Source: Candidatus Heimdallarchaeum aukensis (lineage in GTDB: Archaea; Asgardarchaeota; Heimdallarchaeia; Heimdallarchaeales; Heimdallarchaeaceae). From it: a stretch of 64,000 nucleotides of DNA. Location of the stretch: assembly GCA_021513695.1 (NCBI GenBank), contig CP084166.1:576001-640000 (forward strand), written 5' to 3'. Below the pieces are notes generated by a model. The model saw only the letters and a program-made list of their open reading frames with translations, was not told where the DNA came from and did no database searches. The position numbers and the translations under genes are program-made. Position 1 is the first letter of the stretch, and the number at the start of each line of letters is the position of its first letter. This document shows positions 1 through 9,556 of the stretch, one piece after another.

Positions 1-41
1 CTAAGTATGGAATCTCACCACCATAAGGAGAGAAAAAAAGT

Positions 42-1466
42 ATGAAACTAAATAAAAAAGTGTTGACTATAATATTGTGCACAATCATCTTACTGTTAGT
101 AGGTACTTCAAATACAACTAGAGCAGTTCATCAAGAAAAGAACAGATTCGCACATACATTACACACCAATATTAGTTTAATCACTCCAATTAATATCACC
201 TCTGATGAAGATTTCTCTAAGTATGCATATGATGGTTCAGGAAGAGAAGAGGATCCATATATAATTGAGGGATATGAAATAACAGGGCAGGATGTTACAG
301 GGATATACATAGCGAATACTACGAAATATTTCATCATACGTGACTGTGTTATTGAAGGTACTAGTCAAGGAATTCATATTGTAAATGTGTCGGATGGGAC
401 AGCATTAATCACAAATAATATTTGTAAAAATATAGTAAACCAAGGTATAATCGTTGAAAACACTAATTATGCGATATTACATAACAATACTTGTAGTGAA
501 TCTAATATGTATGGCATCCATAGCCGATTCTCAGATTACCTTATATTGGAACAGAATACTTGTAATAAAAACGGAATGTGTGGAATTTTTGTAGATTACT
601 CAACTTCGACTGTGATTAGGAAGAATATTGTTATTGATAATGTGCTCTCAGGTATTATTGTACAAGATACAGTAAAAACTCTCATCTCCCAGAATTATTG
701 TTTTGATAATGATGGCATGGGTGGAATAGTGCTCTCAAGATCTCTAAATGCGACAATTATAAACAATATTTGTGTTGATGACTTTCAAGTTCAAGATGGT
801 ATTAATCTTTACAATTCAGATGGTTTTATTATAAAAAATAATACCATTTCCTATGGCAGGTATGGAATATTTGTATCTGAATCTTCACACGGGGTATATA
901 CTAATAATACTTGTATAGAAAATAGCAAATATGCTGTTTATATAAAATATGGATACAACATTTCTATCAATGAAAACAACTGCAGCGCTAATGAGCAAGG
1001 AATAAATCTTTACAACTCTTCAACAATTTATATCCACAATAATAGTATAAGTAAAAACACTATTGGACTGACTTTTGATCTCACGAATCATTCAATCATC
1101 ACTTTTAATTCATTTGAGGAGAATGAACAATATGCAATAATTATAGATTCTTCATCTTCTTCTAATCTCATCCACCATAATACGTTTGTTGACAACAACT
1201 TGCAAGGAACATCTCAAGCTTGTGACAATGGCAATAATAATACCTGGTATGACCAATCGACAAAAACTGGTAATTATTGGTCTGATAAAAAAGGAGGAAA
1301 ATATTACATAGATGGTAGTAGTAAATCGTATGATAAATATCCCCTAAAAAATCCCCCTCAACAATTTGCTGAAAAAACTTCTATTGATTTTTTCATCATT
1401 CTTATATCTTTTCTCTCTTCTACAGTTATTATGTCTTATGTCAAAAGAAACAAGTATGCTTTATGA
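42..1466 (+). CDS. secreted/membrane-anchored right-handed parallel beta-helix repeat protein (NosD/PbH1-like)
   Basis: N-terminal hydrophobic signal/anchor. Many ~22-aa repeats of the form N-N-(T/I)-(C/I)-x-x-N-x-x-G-I (parallel beta-helix). GNYWSD motif near the C-terminus, then a C-terminal TM helix plus basic tail. Paralogous to 54577..56934. Confidence 0.6.
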   Translation: MKLNKKVLTIILCTIILLLVGTSNTTRAVHQEKNRFAHTLHTNISLITPINITSDEDFSKYAYDGSGREEDPYIIEGYEITGQDVTGIYIANTTKYFIIRDCVIEGTSQGIHIVNVSDGTALITNNICKNIVNQGIIVENTNYAILHNNTCSESNMYGIHSRFSDYLILEQNTCNKNGMCGIFVDYSTSTVIRKNIVIDNVLSGIIVQDTVKTLISQNYCFDNDGMGGIVLSRSLNATIINNICVDDFQVQDGINLYNSDGFIIKNNTISYGRYGIFVSESSHGVYTNNTCIENSKYAVYIKYGYNISINENNCSANEQGINLYNSSTIYIHNNSISKNTIGLTFDLTNHSIITFNSFEENEQYAIIIDSSSSSNLIHHNTFVDNNLQGTSQACDNGNNNTWYDQSTKTGNYWSDKKGGKYYIDGSSKSYDKYPLKNPPQQFAEKTSIDFFIILISFLSSTVIMSYVKRNKYAL

Positions 1467-1727
1467 CAATTATGAGTGATTCGAATGTTAAGGTTATTAC
1501 CCAGATGTTAAATTCTAGTTAAGCTAGTTATTCAGCTAGTGCAGCTGCTTTAGGAAGCATTAAATCTTTGTTTATTGTTCTTCTTTTAGTTTTCTACTTT
1601 GGCTTAAAGTTTAAATATTCTATATGAATGAAAAAAATCAATTTTACTCTTGTAGGACTTGCAATCATTTTATCTGGATGCGATTAAGAATTTTTTAATA
1701 ATACATATGAATGTATATGTGATTAAG

Positions 1728-1937
1728 ATGGCTAAGAATATAGCAATCTCTGATGAACTCTACAAATTGCTGAAACGTTTAAAACGCCCTGGTGAAAGTT
1801 TTACTGATGTGATTTTAAGATCAATAAAACATTCTACCTCTATAATGGATATTACAGGTAAAAAAACAATACCCCTAGAAGAATGGGAAAAACTCAAGAA
1901 ATTATTTGAAATGAAAGAAATAGAGTTACAAGCGTAA
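1728..1937 (+). CDS. small RHH/CopG-type antitoxin-like protein (VapB-like, COG1753-like); no toxin partner seen
   Basis: Start taken at the internal Met (MAKNIAISDELYKLLKRLKRPGESFTDVILR), a typical N-terminus of archaeal ribbon-helix-helix antitoxins. The upstream in-frame extension looks spurious. Confidence 0.45.
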   Translation: MAKNIAISDELYKLLKRLKRPGESFTDVILRSIKHSTSIMDITGKKTIPLEEWEKLKKLFEMKEIELQA

Positions 1938-2166
1938 AAGAGATTTGCTTGAGCAGACGATAAAAGATTTCAATTGGTTTATTATTAGCAATAATAACAA
2001 ATCCAATCGGAAATGAATCTGAAATTCCATTGGGAAAAAATTTTTCTTTAATAGAGACACCTATTTTTATTTTTGTTTTTGGACTTTTTTCAATTCTAAT
2101 TTATTTTCAGTAAAACAAAAATTATGTGGAACTGTTGCAAAATTAACATTGACATCAAAAGAATTA

Positions 2167-3501
2167 TTATTTTAGTAATAACTGTAAAGCTGAAATTTGT
2201 TTCTGTTTAGGGTCTATAGTCTTATTTTTAAAGAAAATCCCACTATTTAACATCTCTTCATAGATAATTACTCCCAATATGTGTTTATTTATTGTTTCTG
2301 TTTTTTCGAAACATTTGTCTACTATTGGTTTAATCTCTTTGTAAAGTTCATACTTTCTAATTTCATCAGAACTATAATTGTGAAAATAGTAATCAATAAA
2401 TTGTATTATAATTACTGCATTTTTTTGGTTTAACATTTGATTCTTTTCTAATTTTTCCATTAATCTTCGTTTCAATTGACCTAATTTTGCCTTTATTCGT
2501 TTAGTCTCAACAGTTGATGGAAATTTTATTTGATTTGAAATTTGAATACATTTCTTACTTTTAATTTCGAAGACAAAACAAGATTTAATTGGAGATTCAA
2601 GAAGTTTTGTAACAGAAATTTCTTTTAAGAATTTTTTACCTTTTTCTGATTTTTTTAGTTTATATAATGTGTTTAATAAACTCACTTTATCTGACGAAAA
2701 GTAATTTTCGCCAAAGATTCTTTCCATACTATTTAGATATTGATATAAGGATAAATTTTTAGAACCCATAAAATCTTCTTCAAATAATTCCCAAGAATTT
2801 TCCAAAATTAATAGAAGAAGTTTGTCTATTTCTTCTAATACTAGCTTAGTTATGTACTCTTTATCAAACTTATTTTTATAAATTATTTTTTCTAAATCAA
2901 CTTCTAAGCTGACAGAATAATTGAGAGGGATTTTTTGAATGGCTTTTCTACATATTTCATCAAAACTCTCTTCTAATATTTTATCAACCTTATTCTCATA
3001 AAGTGAAGTGACTTCTAAATTAAATTCAATATTTTGAATGAAAATTCGAAAATCATGATTGAAATCTGAAATATCTCCATAAATAATCTTTGATACATGT
3101 TTATTTTTTAATAATTGGATATAAAGTTGGAACTCAATATATTTACTAAAGTTATTATTTCTAGTAAAACTCCTCATTTTTGATATTATTTTCTTCTGAA
3201 TTCTGCTACTTCTTTCAAACAGATTTATTTCTTTTGTAAGAAGATTTTCTATTTCGTCTAGAATATATTTATACTTTGAAGAATTACGAGTATTTTTATT
3301 TGATAAGGTCTTATTTTCAGTATAAGCTAAATTAGCTATGTTAAAAAAAATATTATGATTATAATGTTTTATAGGTACATCAACATCAGAAAAAACTCTA
3401 TCCAAACTTGGATATTTTATTATCACATCTTTTGCCTTTGTAATAAATTCATTTCGATATAACTTATCATTTTTTTTACCGCAATATGAAGAAACAACCA
3501 T
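2167..3501 (-). CDS. hypothetical protein (444 aa, Lys/Asn-rich, no recognisable motif)
   Basis: Long uninterrupted ORF in very AT-rich DNA between the antitoxin and hsdR; no Walker, nuclease or HTH motif recognised. Confidence 0.5.
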   Translation of the reverse strand: MVVSSYCGKKNDKLYRNEFITKAKDVIIKYPSLDRVFSDVDVPIKHYNHNIFFNIANLAYTENKTLSNKNTRNSSKYKYILDEIENLLTKEINLFERSSRIQKKIISKMRSFTRNNNFSKYIEFQLYIQLLKNKHVSKIIYGDISDFNHDFRIFIQNIEFNLEVTSLYENKVDKILEESFDEICRKAIQKIPLNYSVSLEVDLEKIIYKNKFDKEYITKLVLEEIDKLLLLILENSWELFEEDFMGSKNLSLYQYLNSMERIFGENYFSSDKVSLLNTLYKLKKSEKGKKFLKEISVTKLLESPIKSCFVFEIKSKKCIQISNQIKFPSTVETKRIKAKLGQLKRRLMEKLEKNQMLNQKNAVIIIQFIDYYFHNYSSDEIRKYELYKEIKPIVDKCFEKTETINKHILGVIIYEEMLNSGIFFKNKTIDPKQKQISALQLLLK

Positions 3502-3645
3502 ATAACCACTTTATACATCTATTTTCTTGATAACTACTGTTTAAAACTTTACTAAAAATGTTTCAAAAGTTTCATGTAGTTATTAAATACTGAAATTTTA
3601 TTTTTTTGAATTTATTAGAAAAAATGAATATGTAAGAGAAATTAT

Positions 3646-4056
3646 TTATTTTCTATTGTATTTTTCTGTTAGCATTCTTTTTAACCACAAATTTAGGAAT
3701 GAATTTAGTGAATCTCTACTTTCAGTATCTACCATGCTTTTTGATGGATAAACAACACTAAACAAATACTGATCTTTATAAGATAAAACTTCTGCAATTT
3801 TTTTTAATGAATCTATACGAATTACTACCTCTGGGTCAGGAACCAAATCATCATTTTGTAAAAAATAGTGACCCATTGATAGTATCATCTCGCTTTCATC
3901 ACGAGATAAAATACTAATATGTAACTCCATCAAATTTCCAGAATACAAAATTAGTTTTTCTTCAATTTCTTCAACATTTGGAATTAATTTCATCAAGAGG
4001 TCATAGTTTTTATGAAAGATAGTTTCAATTGTTGTAATTATCTGTTTATCTGACAC
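3646..4056 (-). CDS. hypothetical protein (136 aa)
   Basis: ORF directly upstream (same strand) of the 444-aa unknown and downstream of hsdR; no motif recognised. Confidence 0.4.
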   Translation of the reverse strand: MSDKQIITTIETIFHKNYDLLMKLIPNVEEIEEKLILYSGNLMELHISILSRDESEMILSMGHYFLQNDDLVPDPEVVIRIDSLKKIAEVLSYKDQYLFSVVYPSKSMVDTESRDSLNSFLNLWLKRMLTEKYNRK

Positions 4057-4116
4057 AATAATAATAATTAAGATTAGTTTAAAAATACCAAAAATAAATT
4101 ATGAACGCATGAGATA

Positions 4117-7100
4117 TTACACCGCTGTTGCCCACTCTTCACCAAACAACTGTGCTTGCTCCATTATTAATTTAATCGCATTAGGAGTTTGATCTGGTGG
4201 ATATTTATACTTTCGCAATAGTTTACGAATCTCAATACGCATGCGAGCTTGAACACTTTTTCTTACTGTGAAATCAATTGTAGCAGAATTTCGAACCTTA
4301 GCAACTAACTCTTTTGCTATTTTCTTTAATGTTTCATCACCCATTTCTCTTACAGCACTTTCATTTGTAGCTAAAGCATCATAAAAAGCAACTTCATCAT
4401 CATTTAATCCAAGTTCTTCTCCCTTTTTGAAAGCTTTTTGCATATCTTTCGCTAATTGAATCAATTCCTCTAAAATTGCAGCAGAAGCTATTGTACGATT
4501 GATATATTTGTTAATAGATTTCTGAAGTAATTCCTCAAAAGAACGAGATTGAACTAAATTCTTTTTAGCTCTAGAACGAATTTGATCCTTCAACAATTTA
4601 TTTAAAACCTCAACAGCTAAATTCTTTTGTTTTAATCCTCTAACTTCTTCAAGAAATTTATCAGAAAGAATAGAAATTTCTGGTTTATCCAATCCTGCTG
4701 CAGAAAAAATGTCTATAACATCTTCTGAAATAACAGCTCTAGAGATTAATTGTCTAATTGCATAATCAACTCTTTCTTTACGTTCTTTGGAAGGAGTAGT
4801 AGCTTTTACAAAACCAGCACGTACAGCTTGGAAAAAAGCTAAATCATCTCGAATAGCTAAAGCTTCTTCATGAGGAATAGCAAGAGAAAAGGCTTTATTT
4901 AGTGCTGAAAGGTTATCTAAAAACCTTTTTTTAGCACTTTCTGGAGTTTCATTAGGTAAATTAAGAATATGTTCCATAGCAGCAGGAAGTAATTGTAATC
5001 TTTGTAAAGCACTTCCTGTTTTAAACAAAGAATAATCAAAATTGTAAAACATATCTGAAACAATTTCATAATATGTTTTCATTAATTCTACAGCTTTTTC
5101 TTGAGGAATAGCTGTTTGTTCTCTTGACTCTACATTAGAATACCTAGATAATGCTTGCTTAAGAAAATAACCTATACCAATATAATCGACAATAAGACCT
5201 CCAGGTTTATCTTTATATACTCTATTTACTCTAGCTATCGCTTGCATTAAATTGTGTCCTTGCATTGGCTTATCTACATACATTGTATGCATACTAGGCA
5301 CATTAAAACCTGTTAACCACATATCTCTTACAATAACAAGTTTAAGTTCGTCCTCAGGATCTTTCATTCGATTTTCAATAATTTTTCTTTTTCTTTTAGG
5401 CCTAATGTGTGAACGCAATAATTGATCATCAGCAGCAGAACCGCTAATTACAACTTTAATGAAACCTTTTTGATCATCATTAGAATGCCACTCAGGCCTT
5501 AGTTTTATTATTTCATTATACAATAAAGCACAAATCCTGCGAGACATACAAACAATCATACCCTTTCCATCTATAATCTCAAGTCTTTTTTCAAAATGAT
5601 TTACAATATCCTCAGCTACTTCACGTAACCTATCGGGATCAGAAACAAGCCTTTCGACTCTTGACCACTTAGATTTCAATTTTTCTCGAGCATATTCTTC
5701 TTCATCTTCTGTGATTTCATCAAATTCTTCATCGATTTGACCCTTCAATTCTTCATTAAACTTAATTTTAACTAACCTTGATTCATAATAAATAGGAACA
5801 GTAGTTTTATCTCTTATTGCTTGTGAAATATCATAAATGCTAATATAATTACCAAAAACATGAATCGTATTTCTGTCGACAAGTTCTACAGGAGTAGCAG
5901 TAAAAGCAATAAAAGAAGCATTAGGCAGAGCTTGACGAATATAAGCAGCAAAACCTTCTTTTAATGAACCTTTTTCAGAAAGTTTTTTTCCAAAAGAATA
6001 ATGACTTCTATGAGCCTCATCAGCAATAACAATGATATTCCTCCTCTCAGATAAAAGAGGATATTGTGCATTCTCTTCAGGAAGAAATTTTTGTATTGTA
6101 GTGAAAATTACACCACCACCGGTTGTTTTAAGCAAATCCTCAATATTATCTTTTGTCGCTTCATGATTTTTTGGATTGTACCTCCTTGCTGTGGCTTGAA
6201 TAGAAGTTTGACGAAGAAGATCCCTTGATAAAGTAAAAGTTGTAAAAAGTTGGTCATCTAAATCGTTTCTATCAGTAATAACAACGACAGTAGGATTGTT
6301 AAGTAGCTGGATTAACTTTGCGGTATAAAATAACATTGTAAGACTCTTACCAGAACCTTGAGTATGCCAAACAACACCAATCTTTTGATCACCATCACTT
6401 CCAGTAGCTCGTAAAGTTTCCTTAATAGCACGATTAACAGCATGATATTGATGATAAGCAGCAGATTTCTTGACTATTGTTCTACCATCGTCTTCAAAAG
6501 TAATAAAAAATCTGATGTAATCTAAAAAACGAGAAGGTTCTAAAATACCACGAAATAAAACTTCAAGAGATAAGATTGATTGGTCAGCTAATATCTCTCC
6601 CTCAATAGTGCGCCAGGGAGTAAAACGCTCCCAATTAGCAGATAAACTGCCAGCTTTAGATTCATAACCATCACTAATAACAATTAACTCATTAGTCCTA
6701 AATAAAGAAGGAATTTCTTTTTTATAAGTCTGAATTTGATTATAAGCATCTCTTGTAGTCGTTTCTTCTTTAGATGGGTTCTTAAGCTCAATAACTACTA
6801 AAGGAATACCATTAACAAAGAGAACAATATCAGGTCGGTGATTGTGTTTGTCAGAACCAACACCTTCTATAACAGTAAATTGATTTACAGCTAAAAAATC
6901 ATTATTCTCAGGATTCTCAAAATCAATAACTCGTACTATATCTCCCTTTACACGACCATCATGGTAATAAGAGACTTCTACACCATCAACTAACATTCTA
7001 TGAAAAGAACGATTGTTTGTTAATAAATCAGGAGAATCAATACGGTTGAGTTTCTGCAAAACATCTTCAAGCACTTCTTTAGGTTTATCAGGATTAAGTT

Positions 7101-7272
7101 TATGTAAAGCTGATTTTAGTCTATCTTTAAGAATAATCTCACTATATGATAACCTTTCAGGATTATTTCCTGTTGGTGCAATATCTGGACCAAACTTGGT
7201 ATCATAACCTAATTCTCTTAAAATTTCCATAGATGCTTCTTCTAACTCTTTTTCAGTTATTTTCATAATCAA
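4117..7272 (-). CDS. hsdR: type I restriction enzyme R subunit (SF2 helicase/endonuclease)
   Basis: Helicase motif I WHTQGSGKSLTM, motif II IADEAHRSHY (DEAH), motif III FTATP, motif VI QAIARVNRV; 1051 aa. Overlaps hsdS by 20 bp. Confidence 0.9.
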   Translation of the reverse strand: MIMKITEKELEEASMEILRELGYDTKFGPDIAPTGNNPERLSYSEIILKDRLKSALHKLNPDKPKEVLEDVLQKLNRIDSPDLLTNNRSFHRMLVDGVEVSYYHDGRVKGDIVRVIDFENPENNDFLAVNQFTVIEGVGSDKHNHRPDIVLFVNGIPLVVIELKNPSKEETTTRDAYNQIQTYKKEIPSLFRTNELIVISDGYESKAGSLSANWERFTPWRTIEGEILADQSILSLEVLFRGILEPSRFLDYIRFFITFEDDGRTIVKKSAAYHQYHAVNRAIKETLRATGSDGDQKIGVVWHTQGSGKSLTMLFYTAKLIQLLNNPTVVVITDRNDLDDQLFTTFTLSRDLLRQTSIQATARRYNPKNHEATKDNIEDLLKTTGGGVIFTTIQKFLPEENAQYPLLSERRNIIVIADEAHRSHYSFGKKLSEKGSLKEGFAAYIRQALPNASFIAFTATPVELVDRNTIHVFGNYISIYDISQAIRDKTTVPIYYESRLVKIKFNEELKGQIDEEFDEITEDEEEYAREKLKSKWSRVERLVSDPDRLREVAEDIVNHFEKRLEIIDGKGMIVCMSRRICALLYNEIIKLRPEWHSNDDQKGFIKVVISGSAADDQLLRSHIRPKRKRKIIENRMKDPEDELKLVIVRDMWLTGFNVPSMHTMYVDKPMQGHNLMQAIARVNRVYKDKPGGLIVDYIGIGYFLKQALSRYSNVESREQTAIPQEKAVELMKTYYEIVSDMFYNFDYSLFKTGSALQRLQLLPAAMEHILNLPNETPESAKKRFLDNLSALNKAFSLAIPHEEALAIRDDLAFFQAVRAGFVKATTPSKERKERVDYAIRQLISRAVISEDVIDIFSAAGLDKPEISILSDKFLEEVRGLKQKNLAVEVLNKLLKDQIRSRAKKNLVQSRSFEELLQKSINKYINRTIASAAILEELIQLAKDMQKAFKKGEELGLNDDEVAFYDALATNESAVREMGDETLKKIAKELVAKVRNSATIDFTVRKSVQARMRIEIRKLLRKYKYPPDQTPNAIKLIMEQAQLFGEEWATAV

Positions 7273-7960
7273 TTTCCGCCAAAAATTTTTCTATATTAGT
7301 AATTCGAAGCCTACCTGAGATAAGTTGAGGAAGTAGAATATCTCTTAATTTAATTAAAATATTAATTTCATCCTTATTTTTTCTAATTTTTTCAAAGATT
7401 GGGTCAATTATTTCTCTAAACTTTAGTAAAGTAGTCTTATCAGGTTTTATAATCGGAATCCTAAAAAGGTTACTTTGATTAATTTTTAATTGTACTGCAC
7501 CAGTTATATAAGGTCTAATGTTTATATTCATGAGATGTAACATAACAAATTCTGTACAAAATTCATTTTTTCCTTGTATTACATGAACATGATTATTCGC
7601 CCAAAATTTTCCATGTACATATTGTAAGATGGGTTTTTCATTGTTATCAATAACTGAACCATCTTCTGCCATTAAGAGAAAAATGCCATCAAAAATGTAA
7701 TCATCAATATAGTCTAAAATACTAGCTGCCCCATAATATGGATAAATACCTTTTCTTACCTTTCTTTCTATTTTTGATAAAGGAATTCTTTTTGAATCAT
7801 ATATACTTATGACTTCTTTGAGCGTCCCAACTTCCCATCCTTTTGGTATTTCTTTATCTACTTCCTCATTATATTCAAATTCGCCATCTTTGAAAGGTTC
7901 AAAATCAATAAACCAAGATCTGAAGATAGTTTGGGCTATCTCTTCTAAAACTTTGTTCAT
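7253..7960 (-). CDS. hsdS: type I RM specificity subunit, half-size (central conserved motif + one TRD + C-terminal conserved helix); probably 5'-truncated
   Basis: Begins with the HsdS central conserved block IFRSWFIDFEPF and ends with the C-terminal conserved LRDILLPQLISGRLRI. Only 235 aa versus about 400-450 for two-TRD HsdS. No hsdM upstream; an IS lies 130 bp away. Confidence 0.7.
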   Translation of the reverse strand: MNKVLEEIAQTIFRSWFIDFEPFKDGEFEYNEEVDKEIPKGWEVGTLKEVISIYDSKRIPLSKIERKVRKGIYPYYGAASILDYIDDYIFDGIFLLMAEDGSVIDNNEKPILQYVHGKFWANNHVHVIQGKNEFCTEFVMLHLMNINIRPYITGAVQLKINQSNLFRIPIIKPDKTTLLKFREIIDPIFEKIRKNKDEINILIKLRDILLPQLISGRLRITNIEKFLAEIDYENN

Positions 7961-8092
7961 CTTCTGATTGAGTTCAATTTTTTGATCTATAGAGCTTAAT
8001 AATTTACTAATAAATTTTTGTATTCTTAAATTAGGTATAGGAAGTGGGATATTTTCAATAATTGAGGTATTTAAGGAAGGTCTAGTAGTACC

Positions 8093-8855
8093 GGTAGTGT
8101 CTAGTTTTCTTCCGACAAAAATATTTGTGGGGACTCTAATAGTAAGATATGAACATTCAAAAACTATCTACTCTTTTTAAGAGATGCAGAGTCCCCAAAA
8201 AAATAATAATAAAAGCTATTTATGAATATATTGGTTCAAAGAATGGGTTGAGGACAGTAGCATGGAAGAATGGTTTAACGCATCAAACATTATGGTATTG
8301 GGTAAAGAAGTTCAGGCTCTTTAGGGAAAGTTTACATAGAGTTGTAGCAGAGAGAGGGGGAATACCAGAGATTATAGTAGTAGATGAAACAGAGATTAGG
8401 ACCTCTCAAGGCTCAATATATCTGTGGTTCGCGTTAGATCCTTACAACAAGACTTTACTGGGTTTTAGTATTACTAAAGGACGGAGTAATCTTGAATGTT
8501 TACTAACTTTCCGTTATTGGCTCAAATGTTGGGGTTTTAAGCCTCGTATTGTCGTTACAGATGCAGGAGTATGGTATCCTGTCTTACTTCGTCTAGGTAT
8601 CAAAATCTCCGTTATCAAAGGTGGTTTACGCTCCTATATTGAACGTTTTAATGCTACTCTTAAGAGTTATCGTTGGTTTCATTCTATTCTCCACTGCACT
8701 TGTCCTATCCGTGCCGTCTATGGCTCTACTCATCTTTCTGGTTTTCTTACTCTCTTTATGCTCTATTATAATTTCGTTCGTCCTCATCAGAGCTTAGGAC
8801 ATCCTCCCCTTAGTTCCTTTTTACCTAGGAGGTGGTATAAAAACTAGACACTACC
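8093..8855 (+). mobile_element. IS6-family-like insertion sequence (~763 bp) with 16-bp terminal inverted repeats
   Basis: Left IR ggtagtgtctagtttt (8093..8108) and its perfect reverse complement aaaactagacactacc (8840..8855), flanking a single transposase ORF. No clear target-site duplication. Confidence 0.7.
8149..8847 (+). CDS. DDE transposase, IS6-like
   Basis: 232 aa. VVDETEIR...VVTDAG...RPHQSL blocks resemble IS6/IS26 Tnp (DETY...D...E spacing). The N-terminal 64 aa are repeated at 43001..43195. Confidence 0.75.
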   Translation: MNIQKLSTLFKRCRVPKKIIIKAIYEYIGSKNGLRTVAWKNGLTHQTLWYWVKKFRLFRESLHRVVAERGGIPEIIVVDETEIRTSQGSIYLWFALDPYNKTLLGFSITKGRSNLECLLTFRYWLKCWGFKPRIVVTDAGVWYPVLLRLGIKISVIKGGLRSYIERFNATLKSYRWFHSILHCTCPIRAVYGSTHLSGFLTLFMLYYNFVRPHQSLGHPPLSSFLPRRWYKN

Positions 8856-9122
8856 AGTCAAAAATAGAAAAAAAATATAAAAGGCTTTTCTAAATAACAA
8901 CATTAGTTAAAGTATGTGGATTCTTACTAACAACCTTTGAATATAATTCATTTTTTATTTTTTGAATTATCTTCGCTCTATATTCCTCTTCTTTTTTGAA
9001 TCTAAATTAAACAATATAATTTTGTTCAACAGATAATTTTATATTGGGTTATAACCCATTACCGCCCAGAAGTCTAAAAAATAAAATAAGAGGCGATAAA
9101 AATAGGATATGGATCAGGAAGA

Positions 9123-9524
9123 ATGCGTGGTGGAGGAAGAGGAAGAGGAGGAGGATTTGGATTAGGAGCAGGAGGAGCATGTATTTGTCCAGTGTGTGGT
9201 ACAAAAGCTGCTCATGCAAGAGGGGTACCTTGTTTTCAATCTCGATGCCCACAATGTGGAGCACCAATGACTAGAGCAGAAGCTTATGCCGGCCCCCAAC
9301 CACAGAATAGTAAAAACGTACAAGAAGAGAAAGAATACAAATTTGATACAGCAGCAAAACCGCATATAGACCAATCTAGATGTAAGGGGTGTGCTTTATG
9401 CATTAATAGTTGTCCTTTTAATGTTATTAGAATGGAAAATGGTCATGCAATTATTGATTCTTCACGCTGCAGAAGTTGCGGAGTATGTATTTCTTCTTGT
9501 CCTGAAGGGGCGATAGTTTATTAG
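9123..9524 (+). CDS. Gly/Arg-rich (RGG-like) N-terminus + 4-Cys zinc ribbon + 2x[4Fe-4S] ferredoxin domain protein
   Basis: MRGGGRGRGGGFGLGAGG, then CICPVCG...CPQCG, then two CxxCxxCxxxCP motifs (CKGCALCINSCP, CRSCGVCISSCP). Confidence 0.6.
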   Translation: MRGGGRGRGGGFGLGAGGACICPVCGTKAAHARGVPCFQSRCPQCGAPMTRAEAYAGPQPQNSKNVQEEKEYKFDTAAKPHIDQSRCKGCALCINSCPFNVIRMENGHAIIDSSRCRSCGVCISSCPEGAIVY

Positions 9525-9556
9525 AAAATGTAAAAAAAAATTAAAAAATACTCTTT

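Noticed and set aside
1659-1727. Upstream extension of the antitoxin ORF (MQSFYLDAIKNFLIIHMNVYVIK)
   Set aside because: Hydrophobic AT-codon junk; homologous RHH antitoxins start directly at the MxKxIxISDE-type N-terminus.
7961-8092. Looked for hsdM or the missing N-terminal hsdS half upstream of hsdS
   Set aside because: Only 130 bp of non-coding sequence separate hsdS from the IS left end; no methyltransferase motifs (NPPF/Y, FxGxG) anywhere in the window.
9044-9374. Overlapping ORFs (76, 72, 70 aa) around the RGG-ferredoxin start
   Set aside because: Products are frame-shifted Arg/Trp or Leu/Phe low-complexity strings generated by the purine-rich GGN/AGG repeats; only the 133-aa frame gives Zn-ribbon and ferredoxin motifs.
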